Source: Octopus sinensis | Taxonomy: Eukaryota | Assembly (NCBI RefSeq): GCF_006345805.1 | Contig: NC_043010.1 | Coordinates: forward strand, 9,610,001-9,674,000 | Reading direction: 5' to 3' | DNA: 64,000 nucleotides | Translations under genes and position numbers: made by a program | The notes under the pieces: generated by a model | What the model was told of the DNA's origin: nothing | Database searches by the model: none | The model's input: the letters and a program-made list of their open reading frames with translations, nothing else | Part shown: positions 1-11,715 of the stretch, one piece after another | How positions within the stretch are numbered: position 1 is the first letter of the stretch | How the letters are laid out: every line of letters starts with the position of its first letter

Positions 1-82
1 GCCGAATCGCTAAGTTACGGGGACGTAAACACACCAGCATCGGTTGTCAAGCGATGTTGGGGGGATAAACACAGACATACAA

Positions 83-116
<34 letters not shown>

Positions 117-120
117 GTGT
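1..120 (-). mobile_element. 3' half of tRNA/CORE-type SINE (family A), cut by window edge
   Basis: Reverse complement of the family-A tail (gacaaccgatgctggtgtgtttacgtccccg) seen in full copies at 13911, 16495 and 32173. Confidence 0.8.
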
Positions 121-944
121 GTGTATGTGTGTGTGTATATATATATCTTTTCTCTTTCATCTTCTAGCATTAACCTGTTTCAATCATTGGACTGCGGCCA
201 TGCTGGGGCACTGCCTTGAATTTTTAATCAAATGAATCAACTCCAGGACTTATATTTAAAGCCAGGTACTTATTCTATCAGTCTCTTTTGTTGAAGTGCT
301 AAGTTACAGGAACATAAATACACCAACACTGGTTGTCAAGACACACACTTAGATATATATGTGCATGACTGCTGTCCGGTTGAGCCCCTGCCCACTCTCT
401 ATATACCCAGGTTTTTGCTGCCATTCCCCTTCTCCTCACTCTCTAATCATGCTTCTTTTGCAATATCGTACCACTTATATTATGACGTTCAAACCTCAAG
501 AGCATGCTCTGGCTCTTGTCCCTATCTATATCGCTCTCTTCCTTTACTCAAACATACCATTTATACTCTGATCCCTGTCTCTCGAGAGTATACCCAGCAC
601 TTTGCCACCATCTCTATCCTGCTGCCTCCCACTCTCTCTCTCTCTCCTTTTTCTGCACTTCCCACAAGTTGGGTAACCATGTATCTCCTTTGTGGCAACA
701 CACCTGCTTATGTCTTCATTCCTAATCTCTTTCTCTCACTCTCTCTCTCTCTCTCTTTCTGGCTGGGTAGCCTTGTACTCCCCTACAGCAGAATACTTAT
801 TTTGGTATCTCTGTCTCACTATCGCCTTTCATCATCTAACACAAGATCACCTCCTCCAATGCCCCTTCCCCTCCCAAAACATTTTTTTTGTCTGTGCCCC
901 AGAATGACCACAGATCGTGAGCTGAAACTAGATATTAAAAAAAA

Positions 945-1256
945 AGTTACTTGGTGACCCTGTTAGTTCGGGTGCCACTTAAAAAGCATCCAGTCCAAAC
1001 TGTAAAGTGGTTGGCATTTGGAAGGGTACCCAGCCATAAAAATCTTACCAAAACTGACCTTGCCTGTGCTTGTGCCATGTAAAAAGCACTAGTCCACTCT
1101 GATGATTGGATGGTGTAAGGAAGAGCATCCAACTGTAAAAAGCCTGCAAAACAGTCACAGAAATCTGGTGCCAGCTTTTGCCTGGTTGGCTACTATCAAA
1201 CCATCCTACTGATAACAGCATGGAAGGCGGACGTTAAACGATGATGATGATGATAT
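945..1256 (+). mobile_element. Non-LTR retroelement 3' end with (GAT)n tail
   Basis: Ends ggacgttaaacgatgatgatg; homologous to 25975-26181 and 51640-51900. Short tandem tails are typical of RTE/CR1/L2-type LINEs and their SINEs (clade not confirmed). Confidence 0.65.
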
Positions 1257-1261
1257 ATACA

Positions 1262-1420
1262 ACAGGTTTCTTTTAGTTTCCATCTACCAAACCCACTCAC
1301 AAAGCTTTGGTCAGCCTGTGGCTAAAGTAAAAGACACTCGCCCAAGGTGCCATGCAGTGGGACTGAACTCGGATCCATGTGGTTGAGAAGCAAGCTTCTT
1401 ACCACATAGCCACTTCTGTG
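1262..1420 (-). mobile_element. Family-A SINE head (tRNA-like + CORE-like), older copy
   Basis: Reverse complement of gtggctatgtggtaagaagcttgc...gcaccttgggcgagtgtc. Confidence 0.75.
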
Positions 1421-1639
1421 ACTCCAATAAATAAATAATGTATGTATGTATTTATGTATGTATGTATGTATGAATGTATGTATGTATGCATGTGTATATG
1501 TTATATGAAATACGGTGTCCTTACAAGCAAGTAATATGCACATACCAGTTGCCAGGAATGTGCTTCTTACACAAAATTGGTCTATCCAAAGTTTGGTGGC
1601 TATTAAGCAATGTGTTTGTGGTTCTCCAGTGGGTTGGCT

Positions 1640-1686
1640 GTGTACTGATGAAGGAGCACAAAAACTCTTGAAATATGTATATACAC
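1640..1686 (+). ncRNA. Type-I minimal hammerhead ribozyme motif (PLE terminus)
   Basis: GTGTA-CTGATGA-AGGAG(cacaaaaa)CTCTT-GAAA-TATGTAT-A|TACAC. Helix I is 5 bp, helix II is 5 bp with one GU, the core is intact and the cleavage triplet is AUA. Confidence 0.65.
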
Positions 1687-1689
1687 CTA

Positions 1690-1789
1690 NNNNNNNNNNN
1701 NNNNNNNNNNNNNNNNNNNNNNNNNNNNNNNNNNNNNNNNNNNNNNNNNNNNNNNNNNNNNNNNNNNNNNNNNNNNNNNNNNNNNNNNN
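1690..1789. other. Assembly gap (100 N)
   Basis: Run of 100 N. Confidence 1.
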
Positions 1790-2489
1790 ATGCATGTATG
1801 AATGTTATGTATACATTCATACATATATGTGTGTTGTGTGTGTTATATATATATATATATATATATGCATGTATGAATGTATATGTATACATGCATACAT
1901 ATATGTGTGTGTGTGTGTATATATATATATATGCTTGTATGAATGTATATGTATACATACATACATATATATATACAAACATATATATATATATATGTAT
2001 GTGTTTACATATATATATATATATATATATTAACACACACACATAAACATACACACAGGATGTTCAAACAGTCATGCATATATTCATAATTGCATATAGA
2101 CACGCATATATATGCTTCTTCGGTGGACACCAAATATAGCTACATGAATATATGGATGTGCTTTATAATTCTCAAGATCTGCAGAAGATATAGAATCTAG
2201 AAATAATATTCAAAGACCACGTTTTTTTGCCTTCCGAAATCCCTCTCTCTAACACCTTATTTCTTCTTTTTTTATGTAATCTTGACATTTCTTCATAAAT
2301 TCATATATTCATATACTATTATGGGTTTGTGAAGGTGTGGTGTGTGTGTGTAAGTGTCTCTGTGTGCATGTATTTATGTGTGTGGTGTGTGTGAGTGAAC
2401 GTATATCTGTATATGTATATGTATATATGTATGTGTATAAGTTTATACATATATCTCTCTCTCTGTGAATAAATACATATGTTTGTGTG

Positions 2490-2880
2490 TATGCATGTGT
2501 GTATGCATGTGTGTATATATCCCCACTTGCATATAGAACATATACATGCATACATACATGCATGTATATACACACATGCATGCACACACACACACACACA
2601 AACAGAAACATGCATGCATGTGTATATATATATATATATATAGACATGTGAGTGTGTGTGCATGCATGCTCATGCATGTGTATATATGTGTGTATGCATG
2701 TGTGTATATATCCCCACTTGCATATAGAACATATACATGCATACATACATGCATGTATATACACACATGCATGCACACACACACACACACAAACAGAAAC
2801 ATGCATGCATGTGTATATATATATATATATATAGACATGTGAGTGTGTGTGCATGCATGCTCATGCATGTGTATATACAC
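2490..2880. repeat. Two-copy 191-bp tandem duplication of CA/TG/TA-rich sequence
   Basis: ccccacttgcatatagaac starts at 2521 and 2712, followed by near-identical sequence. Confidence 0.85.
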
Positions 2881-2920
2881 GTATATACATGTGCATGTAT
2901 GTATATGCACCATGTATGTA

Positions 2921-2968
<48 letters not shown>

Positions 2969-3099
2969 ATATATATATATATATGCATATATTATATACA
3001 TATATCATCATCATCATACATATATACAATATACATATATATATATATATACCTATATATACATATACATATATATATACATATACATATATATATACA

Positions 3100-3153
<54 letters not shown>

Positions 3154-3673
3154 AAGTATGTATGTAAATGAGAGAGTAAGAGATACAGATGGATAAACTG
3201 AATGAGACAGCAAATAATCATACTGGGTGGATAGATAGACAGGTTGATAATATATTTATATGTAGAATTATGTGCATAAAAGAATACTTATGTTTATATT
3301 TTGGAATGATTGTGAATTTGCTTATGTAAATACATGAGCAGGCCAAAGTATATACCTACATACTCCCAAACTGGCTACAGGCATGCATCCCCCTTCCCCC
3401 CATACACATACATACAAACGTGCACACACAAGCATGCACATACACGCGCCCATGTACACACACAGAAACTCACTCGTAAATGTAAATATACACATAGACA
3501 TAAAATGATGATGATGATGATGATGATACATGCATACATATAAATATATATAATATAGTATATATAGATATATATATATTGTAAACATATATATTATTAT
3601 ACACACACACACATAGATGTAGTCCATCACAATATTTTTGCCTGTGTATATATACATATGTATGTATGTATGT

Positions 3674-3715
<42 letters not shown>

Positions 3716-4317
3716 TATATACTTCATATATATGCATATACATATGTATATACATATATACACATGCACACTTATATATATGCACACATATGGACGTATA
3801 TACATATGTGTGTGTGAGTGTGTGTGTGTGTTTACATATACAGAGAGAGAGAGCGAGAGAGAGAAGGGGTGCATGTATGTGTATATCACAAACTTACGTT
3901 CTTTAAATTATTTTTGCTTTGCATATGACAAACAATTTGAAGAGCTGCTTAAATAATGCTAAGAATATGCGTACTTGTGATTTTAACCTCAACAAACCTC
4001 ACTCTAAACAGCCTTGTACGGTAGCTTAACCTTGTGGTCTCAGCCACACAGACCTACTCTGGAGTTCATTGACCATGGAAGAAACCACATTGCTGATAAT
4101 TCCGTTATTAGCTTGACTTAGAGATCATTTAGGTTAAAAGGAAAGAAATATACAGATTCTGAGGAAAATTGGTGTGGTGTGCGCGTAGACAACAGACACA
4201 CATTGAAGTTTTGGCTGTTTTGAGAAAAACCATAAACCATGGGGAGATGAATAATGTAATGTTTCAATGGGTGAGCTACGTCTTGGAGAGAGAGAGAGAG
4301 ACACACACACACACATT

Positions 4318-5069
4318 CACACACACACATTCACACAAACATACACTCACATACAAACATTCGCATACACAGACATGCACACAGACACACTCACACTTGT
4401 ACACATACATGCAAACACACACATACACACACATTCACACAAACATACACTCACATACACACATTCGCATACACAGACATGCACACAGACACACTCACAC
4501 TTGAACACATACATGCACACACACATGCACACACACATACACACACACACATTCACACAAACATACACTCACATACACACATTCGCATACACAGACATGC
4601 ACACAGACACACTCACACTTGTACACATACATGCACACACACACACATACACACACACACACATTCACACAAACATACACTCACATACAAACATTCGCAT
4701 ACACAGACATGCACACAGACACACTCACACTTGTACACATACATGCAAACACACACATACACACACATTCACACAAACATACACTCACATACACACATTC
4801 GCATACACAGACATGCACACAGACACACTCACATTTGTACATATACATGCACACACACACACATGCACACACACACATTCACACAAACATACACTCACAT
4901 ACAAACATTCGCATACACAGACATGCACACAGACACACTCACACTTGTACACATACATGCAAACACACACATACACACACATTCGCACAAACATACACTC
5001 ACATACACACATTCGCATACACAGACATGCACACAGACACACTCACACTTGTACACATACATGCACACA

Positions 5070-5101
<32 letters not shown>

Positions 5102-5215
5102 TTCGCACAAACATACACTCACATACATACATTCGCATACACAGACATGCACACAGACACACTCACACTTGTACACATACATGCACACATACACATACAC
5201 ACATACACATACCAC
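4318..5215. repeat. CA-derived minisatellite, about 8 units of roughly 100-120 bp
   Basis: Anchor attcgcatacacagacatgcacacagacacactcaca recurs 8 times; units differ mainly in (CA)n length. Confidence 0.9.
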
Positions 5216-5777
5216 ACACACGAGGTTTCCTCTCAATTTCTGTCCATCTTTCACAAGGCATTAGTCAACACCTGGGGCTTTGGTAAAAGATGCTTGCTCA
5301 AGGTGCAGCGCAGTGGAATTGAACCTGAAACCATGTGGTTACAAAGCGAGCTTCTTAACCATACAGCCATGCCTGCACCCATACATGTTTTTATTATATG
5401 AGGTCTAATTGCAGTTAAAGGCAAGTCTGGAAGAAAATTATTTGACATCAATTATCAGTAATAAGGTTTGATAAAATTTGATTATTATGACTATGTATAT
5501 TCATAATCATTTCTCATCTTAATTTGATGGCCTAAACAGCTATGATCTACTTTAATAAATTCAATGTGATGAACAAGTTAATTGTGTTCTGTACTTCTCA
5601 CTTCAATATGATGAACAAGAAAGTATGATCTACACTTTACACTTTAGTATAGTGAACAAATGAATTATAATCTGCACTTTTCATTTTAATATGGTGAATG
5701 AGACACATATGATCTATACCACACACTCTTTGTATGATGAACAAGAGAATCATAATCTGTATTTTTATTGAGTGATA

Positions 5778-6233
5778 CAAGGAGGGTGCTGAAAAGATCC
5801 TGGCTTTAAGGGTATTGTAAAGGGTCTTGCGGCAAGCTGGCAGAAAAGTTAGCCCACCGGGCGAAATGCGTAGCCGTATTTCGTCTGCCGTTATGTTCTG
5901 AGTTCAAATTCCGCCGAGGTCGACTTTGCCTTTCATCGTATCAGGGTCGATAAATTAAGTACCAGTTATGCACTGGGGTCGATGTAATAGACTTAATCCA
6001 TTTGCCTGTCCTTGTTTGTCCCCTCTGTGTTTAGCCCCTTGTGGGTAGTAAAGAAATAGGTATTGTAAAGGGTCTGGCTGGAGGCCCAGCCATCTGAGTT
6101 CTTTTACAGAACTGAAGTACTGTTGCAATAAGTGCATGAATCCGAGAGGGTAATATGTTGAATAAAATCATAATTAATTGATCCTTCTGTATTTTCCTTT
6201 ACCCAAAGTCAGAAACTTTTCAGCAGCCCCTCA
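5778..6233. mobile_element. Mariner-type MITE (TA-flanked) containing a SINE insertion
   Basis: TA|caaggagggtgctgaaaagatcctggcttt ... aaagtcagaaacttttcagcagcccctca|TA; homologous to 15015-15233. Confidence 0.75.
5828..6058 (+). mobile_element. Family-B SINE (tRNA-like head, Meta/Sauria-like core), 17-bp TSD
   Basis: gagttcaaattccgccgaggtcgactttgcctttcatc core; TSD ggtattgtaaagggtct at 5811-5827 and 6059-6075. Confidence 0.9.
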
Positions 6234-6357
6234 TATAATTGTGATTAGTATGTCTTGTTTTAGTATGGTAAATGAGATGGCAGATGAAACAATTTTGATC
6301 TGAATATAACAACTTAGTGTGTGAACTTGATAGTTTTGATTTGAACATCTCACTTAA

Positions 6358-6578
6358 ACCTTTCGTTACCGTATTTATTTTGAGATGCTCTGTGTTTCTT
6401 TCAATTATTTTAAATATAACAAAGAATTTATTAACATAACTTAGTCATCATTAAGCTAGTGTTGAGAACATAAATTGGGACTAAGGTTTGGTGGAAGATT
6501 TTAATTCAAAACTTACGAAAACAAGACATTTATACTACAGAGCCACAGCTGGTTTCAGCCAGGTTGGTAACAAAAGGG
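6358..6578. mobile_element. piggyBac-like MITE
   Basis: TTAA|acctttcgttacc ... ggtaacaaaaggg|TTAG. Removing it restores alignment with the satellite copy at 7435-7500. Confidence 0.7.
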
Positions 6579-6699
6579 TTAGGTATTATGAACAAAGCAA
6601 CTTTGATTTGAAGTTCTTATTTTAGTATGGTGAACAAAACAAATATGATCAAATATTTGTCTTGTTCTTTACTATTATGAACCAAAAAATCATATGTAC

Positions 6700-7170
6700 T
6701 GTGGCAGGACAATCAGGGTGAATGCGGCTGGCATAGAAGGTACCTGATGGTGGCGACGGGGAAGATAGTAGGCTTTCTATGATTGTGTACATTAGCGTAG
6801 CCGGAACAATCTTATATCACTTGGTTGAGTAATGCTGTGACCTAAAGTTAGTTCTTAGAAGAACTGGAACTAAAAGACGAAAAGTGTCTGAAAACACTCC
6901 TTTATATACCAGTTGGTTGGCTCAAACGAGCCTAAAAAACGGCATCTTAACCAAAGGCCGTGATTGGTTATTTCGGGACAGTGGCGCGAAATACGTAGAG
7001 ACAAATCGCGTCACGTGTCAACCAATCAGGTTAGTGTTTACAACAGGAACTAGTTGGCCAAAGATGGCTGTAACCTCAAACGAGATCATTTCTTGCCTTG
7101 CCTTTCAACAGTGACGATATTAGAAATCGCTATAGTCATATTTCAAAATGGCTGAAACTGCCATGCTACA
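6700..7170 (-). mobile_element. Solo LTR (Gypsy-like, 4-bp TSD)
   Basis: TG...CA ends with short inverted termini (tgtggcagg / ccatgctaca); GTAC TSD at 6696-6699 and 7171-7174; TATATAAA on the minus strand near 6900-6908; CpGs retained. Confidence 0.8.
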
Positions 7171-7679
7171 GTACTTTTGATTTTAACATGATGAATAAGA
7201 CAAATATGATCTCTACTTCACACCCTTTGTATGATGAATGAGCGAATCCTAATTCGTATTCTCCTGTTAATATGGTGAAAAATATTATTTAAGATCGGTA
7301 TGTCTCAGTTTTGTTAAACGAGGCAATTTTGATCCATGCCTTCCACTTTAGTATGGTCAACAAGATGACGAATGAGACAGTTTTGATCTAAATATAACAC
7401 CTTAGTGTGTGAACTAGACAAATCTGATTTGTACATCTCACCTAACCATTATGGACAAGGCTATTTTGATTTGAATTTCCCTCTTCAGTATGATGAGCAA
7501 AACAAGACTTGAATGTTCTATACTAAATCCGTCTTGTTGCCGCTGCTGGCTGCCGTCTTGTTGGTTAGCCCTAAGTCAACCATGATCAAGCAGTGCACTA
7601 TTCCAGGACATTCTGTCTATGACAATCCATCGTGATTTTAGGGATGGTGGCAGCAGTGGCAAAGATGGAGACAATGGCA

Positions 7680-8500
7680 GTGACAGTAGCGGCATTGGTG
7701 ATGGTAGCAACAGCAGAAGCAGTGGCAGTTGTGGTGGTGATGGAAGTGATGGTGGTGGTGGTGGTGGTGGTGGTGGTGGTAGTGATGGAGGTGATGGTGG
7801 TAGTGGTGGTGATGGTGGTGGTGGTGGTGATGATGGTGGTGGTGGTGGTGATGGAGGTGATGGTGGTTGTGGTGTGATGGAGGTGATGGTGGCTGTGGTG
7901 GTGATGGGGTAGTGATGGTGGTGATGGTGGTAGTGGTGGTGATGGTGGTGTGGTGGTGATGATGGTGGTGGTGGGGGATGGAGGTGATGGTGTTGTGGTT
8001 GTGATGGAGGTGATGGTGGCTGTGGTGGTGATGGTGGTAGTGATGGAGGTGATGGTGGTAGTGGTGGTGATGGTGGTGGTGGTGGTGATGATGGTGGTGG
8101 TGGTGGTGATGGAGGTGATGGTGGTTGTGGTTGTGATGGAGGTGATGGTGGCTGTGGTGGTGATGGTGGTAGTGATGGAGGTGATGGTGGTAGTGGTGGT
8201 GATGGTGGTGGTGGTGGTGATGATGGTGGTGGTGGTGGTGATGGAGGTGATGGTGGTTGTGGTTGTGATGGAGGTGATGGTGGCTGTGGTGGTGATGGTG
8301 GTAGTGATGGAGGTGATGGTGGTAGTGGTGGTGATGGTGGTGGTGGTGGTGATGATGGTGGTGGTGGTGGTGATGGAGGTGATGGTGGTTGTGGTTGTGA
8401 TGGAGGTGATGGTGGTAGTGGTGGTGGTGGTGGTGGTGGTAATGGTGGTGGTGGTGGTGGTGGTGATGGAGGTGATGGTGGTGGTGGTGGTGGTGGTGGT
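7680..8500. repeat. (GGT/GAT)n-derived higher-order repeat with 132-bp period
   Basis: The ggctgtggtggt marker recurs with its C at 7893, 8020, 8152 and 8284 (spacings 127, 132, 132 bp). Confidence 0.85.
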
Positions 8501-8945
8501 AGTGAGACTGCTGTGCTGCTGCTGGTACTGGTTTTAGTGGGGTTAGAAATAGTTGTGTTAAAGATTTAGTAGTCGTGGTGGTGGTGGTGGTTTTGGTGGT
8601 GGTGATGGTGGTGGTGGTGGTGGTGGTGATGGAGGTGATGGTGGTGGTGGTGGTGGTGGTGGTAGTGAGACTGCTGTGCTGCTGCTGGTACTGGTTTTAG
8701 TGGGGTTAGAAATAGTTGTGTTAAAGATTAGTAGTCGTGGTGGTGGTGGTGGTTTTGGGTGGTGATGGTGGTGGTGGTGGTGGTGGTGATGGAGGTGATG
8801 GTGGTGGTGGTGGTGGTGGTGGTAGTGAGACTGCTGTGCTGCTGCTGGTACTGGTTTTAGTGGGGTTAGAAATAGTTGTGTTAAAGATTTAGTAGTCGTG
8901 GTGGTGGTGGTGGTTTTGGTGGTGGTGATGGTGGTGGTGGTGGTG
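8497..8945. repeat. Three-copy ~160-bp tandem repeat with a ~75-bp non-microsatellite core, followed by (GGT)n to ~9330
   Basis: gtgagactgctgtgctgctgctggtactggttttagtggggttagaaatagttgtgttaaagat occurs at about 8502, 8665 and 8825. Confidence 0.9.
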
Positions 8946-9975
8946 GTGGTGGTGTTGGTGGTGGTGTTGGTAGTGGTGGTGGTGTTGTTGTTGGTGGTGG
9001 TGGTGTGGTGGTGGTGGTGTTGGTGTTGGTGTTGGTGGTGGTGGTGTTGGTGTCGGTGGTGGTGGTGGTAGTGGTGGTGGTGGTGGTAGTGGTGGTGGTG
9101 TTGGTGTTGTTGTTGTTGGTGGTGGTGGTGGTGGTGGTGGTGGTAGTGGTGGTGGTGGTGGTGGCAGTGGTGGAGGTGGTGGTGATGGTGGTATTGGTGA
9201 TGGTGGTGGTGGTGTTGGTGTTGGTGTTGGTGTTGGTGGTGGTGGTGGTGGTAGTGGCGGTTGTGGTGTGGTGGTGGCGGCGGTGGTGGTGGTGGTGGTG
9301 GTGGTGGTGGCGTCGGTGGTGGTGGAGATGTCAATGACGAGCCACTTTCACTCGAGAAAAACATAATAATTATACGCTAAGGCCAGGGCTGATGAGTTCT
9401 TATAGATCAAAACTTTATGAAATCACATAATTTAATTAATTCTATCTATCAACAAGGCTAATTTCTAGTCAAATAATGTGTAAATTTACGCATTACTGGA
9501 TTCCAGGTAATTAGATTGAGGTAGACAGTTGATGAGATTAATAGTTTTAATTAAACATCTTACTAACATCATTGATTCAGAAATGCTATAGAGATGCAAG
9601 AGAACACTAGAGCTAAACTGTATGAGATGGTGGGCCATCACCTGAGCTTGCTTGAAATATCTTTATGGAGGCTTTAATAAAATTAATGATTCTATCTAAA
9701 TTTAAATGAACAGAATATTAAAATAATGCATCTCTCTAAAAGATACTTGAGATTATTATTGTCATTGCTCCTGAAACAATTCATCAATATTTCCCAGAGA
9801 GAAAGAGAAAGACAGAAAGACAGAAAGACAGACAGACAGAGATAGAGATAGAGATAGAAATATAGTTTTGCAAAGTACTCAATGCTAAGATGAACTAAGT
9901 GAGAAATATATATACACGTGTGTGTATTTATATATATATATATGAAATAATAATAATAATGATAATAATAATAAT

Positions 9976-10023
<48 letters not shown>

Positions 10024-10049
10024 TATTATTTTTTTTTTTAAATTTATGT

Positions 10050-10189
10050 ATTAGACATTCACTAGTACAACACTAAAAAAAATAAAATATATGGCACACT
10101 AGGCATAACAACAACGTGAACTTCCAACCTGTTGTCTCTTGTGAGACTTGGAGTCAACTTGTACAGACATAAAGCAAAAGTCAAACATA

Positions 10190-10258
<69 letters not shown>

Positions 10259-10268
10259 TAATAATAAT
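10050..10268 (+). mobile_element. Probable R4/Dong-type LINE 3' UTR with (AAT)n tail
   Basis: ...cataaagcaaaagtcaaacatag then (AAT)n, between AAT tracts. Family assignment is from recall; Dong elements target TAA repeats. Confidence 0.45.
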
Positions 10269-10279
10269 ACACAAGGCCT

Positions 10280-10388
10280 AAAAAAATATGAAACACTTCA
10301 TGTATTTGCACATCATCCATGCACCGGGGCCATGCTAATCTTCTCTGTATTGTTCTAATTTTTTCACGTGTACTGCCGAAACAAGTAC
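10280..10388 (-). pseudogene. U6: U6 snRNA retrocopy/pseudogene
   Basis: Minus strand GTACTTGTTTCGGCAGTAC...TACAGAGAAGATTAGCATGGCCCC...GGATGA...CATATTTTTTT. The ACAGAGA box and AGC triad are intact; there are about 18 substitutions versus my recalled consensus, several at CpG. Upstream sequence is microsatellite with no TATA/PSE. Confidence 0.9.
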
Positions 10389-10434
10389 AACAACAACAAT
10401 GATGATGACAACAACAACAACAACAATAATAAAA

Positions 10435-10978
10435 TGCCTTAATCCAGTACTAGGCAGTGGCTCTCATGGCTTCTGATCTTAACTGATTGGAAGTGTTATC
10501 ATGTACATTGTCTTCTCTTAGTATAAAAGATTGGCTACGGCAAATATTCTACTCAATACTACAGACTTGCTTGTCAGTTGCTTGACCCTAACCAGTTGAG
10601 CAAGTCCCTTAGTGGCTGATGATATGTGCATCTCTGATCACGAGTAGAAGTAGTTGGGGAGCATCATAGCCCTGTGTTGAGAGGAATTCTTTGAGGTTTG
10701 AATAATTCACCTTTGGAAAAATGGGCGTTTCGTTCAACATCCTTAAATAACCCTTATTCTTTGACATTTTGAGCACGATGGGCTACTAAACCAGAAGAAA
10801 ATTCTAAATGGTCATGCACTGTTTATTTTGATAAAAGATCACCATGTTGCACACATATGGTTGTGATGCATGCAAATGGTGTACCCTTATCAGACGGGTA
10901 GTCATGATGGGTATATATACTGGGCTTTGTATATTCTACCCCAGTGTCACTTTGATGGCATGTACTGCTCTCTCACTC

Positions 10979-11013
<35 letters not shown>

Positions 11014-11058
11014 TAAAAATAATAATAGTAATATTAATAATAATAATAATAATAATAA
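10435..11058 (+). mobile_element. ~550-bp putative non-autonomous retroelement ending in (AAT)n
   Basis: Complex sequence bounded by AAT/ACA tracts, ending ctctctcactc(aat)n; single copy in this window. Confidence 0.35.
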
Positions 11059-11276
11059 TGGTTTCAAATTTTGCCACAAGGGCAGCCATTTTTGTGGGGA
11101 GGGGCTAAGCCGATTGCATCAAACCCAGTGTTTCAATGGTACTTAATTTATCGACCCCAAAAAGGATGAAAGACAAGGTCAGTCTCCGGGAAATTTGAAC
11201 TCATAATATAGCGGCAGATGAAATACCACTAAGCATTTTACCCAGCATGCTAATGATTCTACCAGCTTGCTACCTC

Positions 11277-11309
<33 letters not shown>

Positions 11310-11715
11310 TTCTGCTATAGGCACAAGGCCTGAAATTCGGGAGAGGGGAGTCGATTACAGTGAGACCAGTGCATAACTGGTACTTATTTAATCAAGCTGG
11401 AAAGGATTAAAGGCAAAGTCAACCTCGGTGGAATTTGAACTCAGAACATAGTGGCAGATGAAATACTGCTAAGCATTTCACCCAGTGTGCCAATGATTCT
11501 TTTCTACACTAGGTACAAGGCCCGAAATTTTAGGGGATGGGGCCCGGTCAATTAAATTGACCCCAGTATGCAACTGGTACTTAATTTATGGACCCTGAAA
11601 GGCTAAAATACAAAGTCGACCTCAGCAGAATTTGAACTCAGAACATAAAGACAGACGAAATACTGCTATGCATTTCGCCCAGCATGCTAACATTTCTGCC
11701 AGCTTGCCACCTTAA
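11058..11715 (-). mobile_element. Three stacked family-B SINEs in and between (AAT)n tracts
   Basis: Units at about 11058-11277, 11310-11500 and 11500-11715, each with gaatttgaactca and aaggcaaagtc-like motifs. Confidence 0.8.

Larger units (their letters stand above)
5530..7510. repeat. Degenerate ~42-bp satellite with higher-order duplication, interrupted by several insertions
   Basis: The tat(g/a)(a/g)tgaac anchor recurs at 5607, 5648, 5690 and 5733 (41-43 bp spacing). Segments 5700-5770, 6255-6355 and 6580-6695 align with 7198-7510. Confidence 0.7.

Noticed and set aside
1322-2054. ORFs spanning the N gap
   Set aside because: Artefacts of translating through Ns.
4267-5286. 339-aa His/Thr-rich ORF, and similar HT/YI/CV ORFs throughout the window
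   Set aside because: These are translations of CA/TA/TG microsatellites and minisatellites, with no domain signal.
5530-7510. 42-bp repeat as a zinc-finger, reflectin or CRISPR array
   Set aside because: There is no CxxC/HxxxH spacing or reflectin motif, stops and frameshifts are frequent, and there is no constant-repeat/unique-spacer structure.
7619-9364. Gly/Asp-, Val/Met- and His/Pro/Thr-rich ORFs
   Set aside because: They arise from (GGT)n repeats open in several frames on both strands.
9390-9430. CTGATGA...GAAA as a hammerhead
   Set aside because: No adjacent stem II and no helix I pairing.
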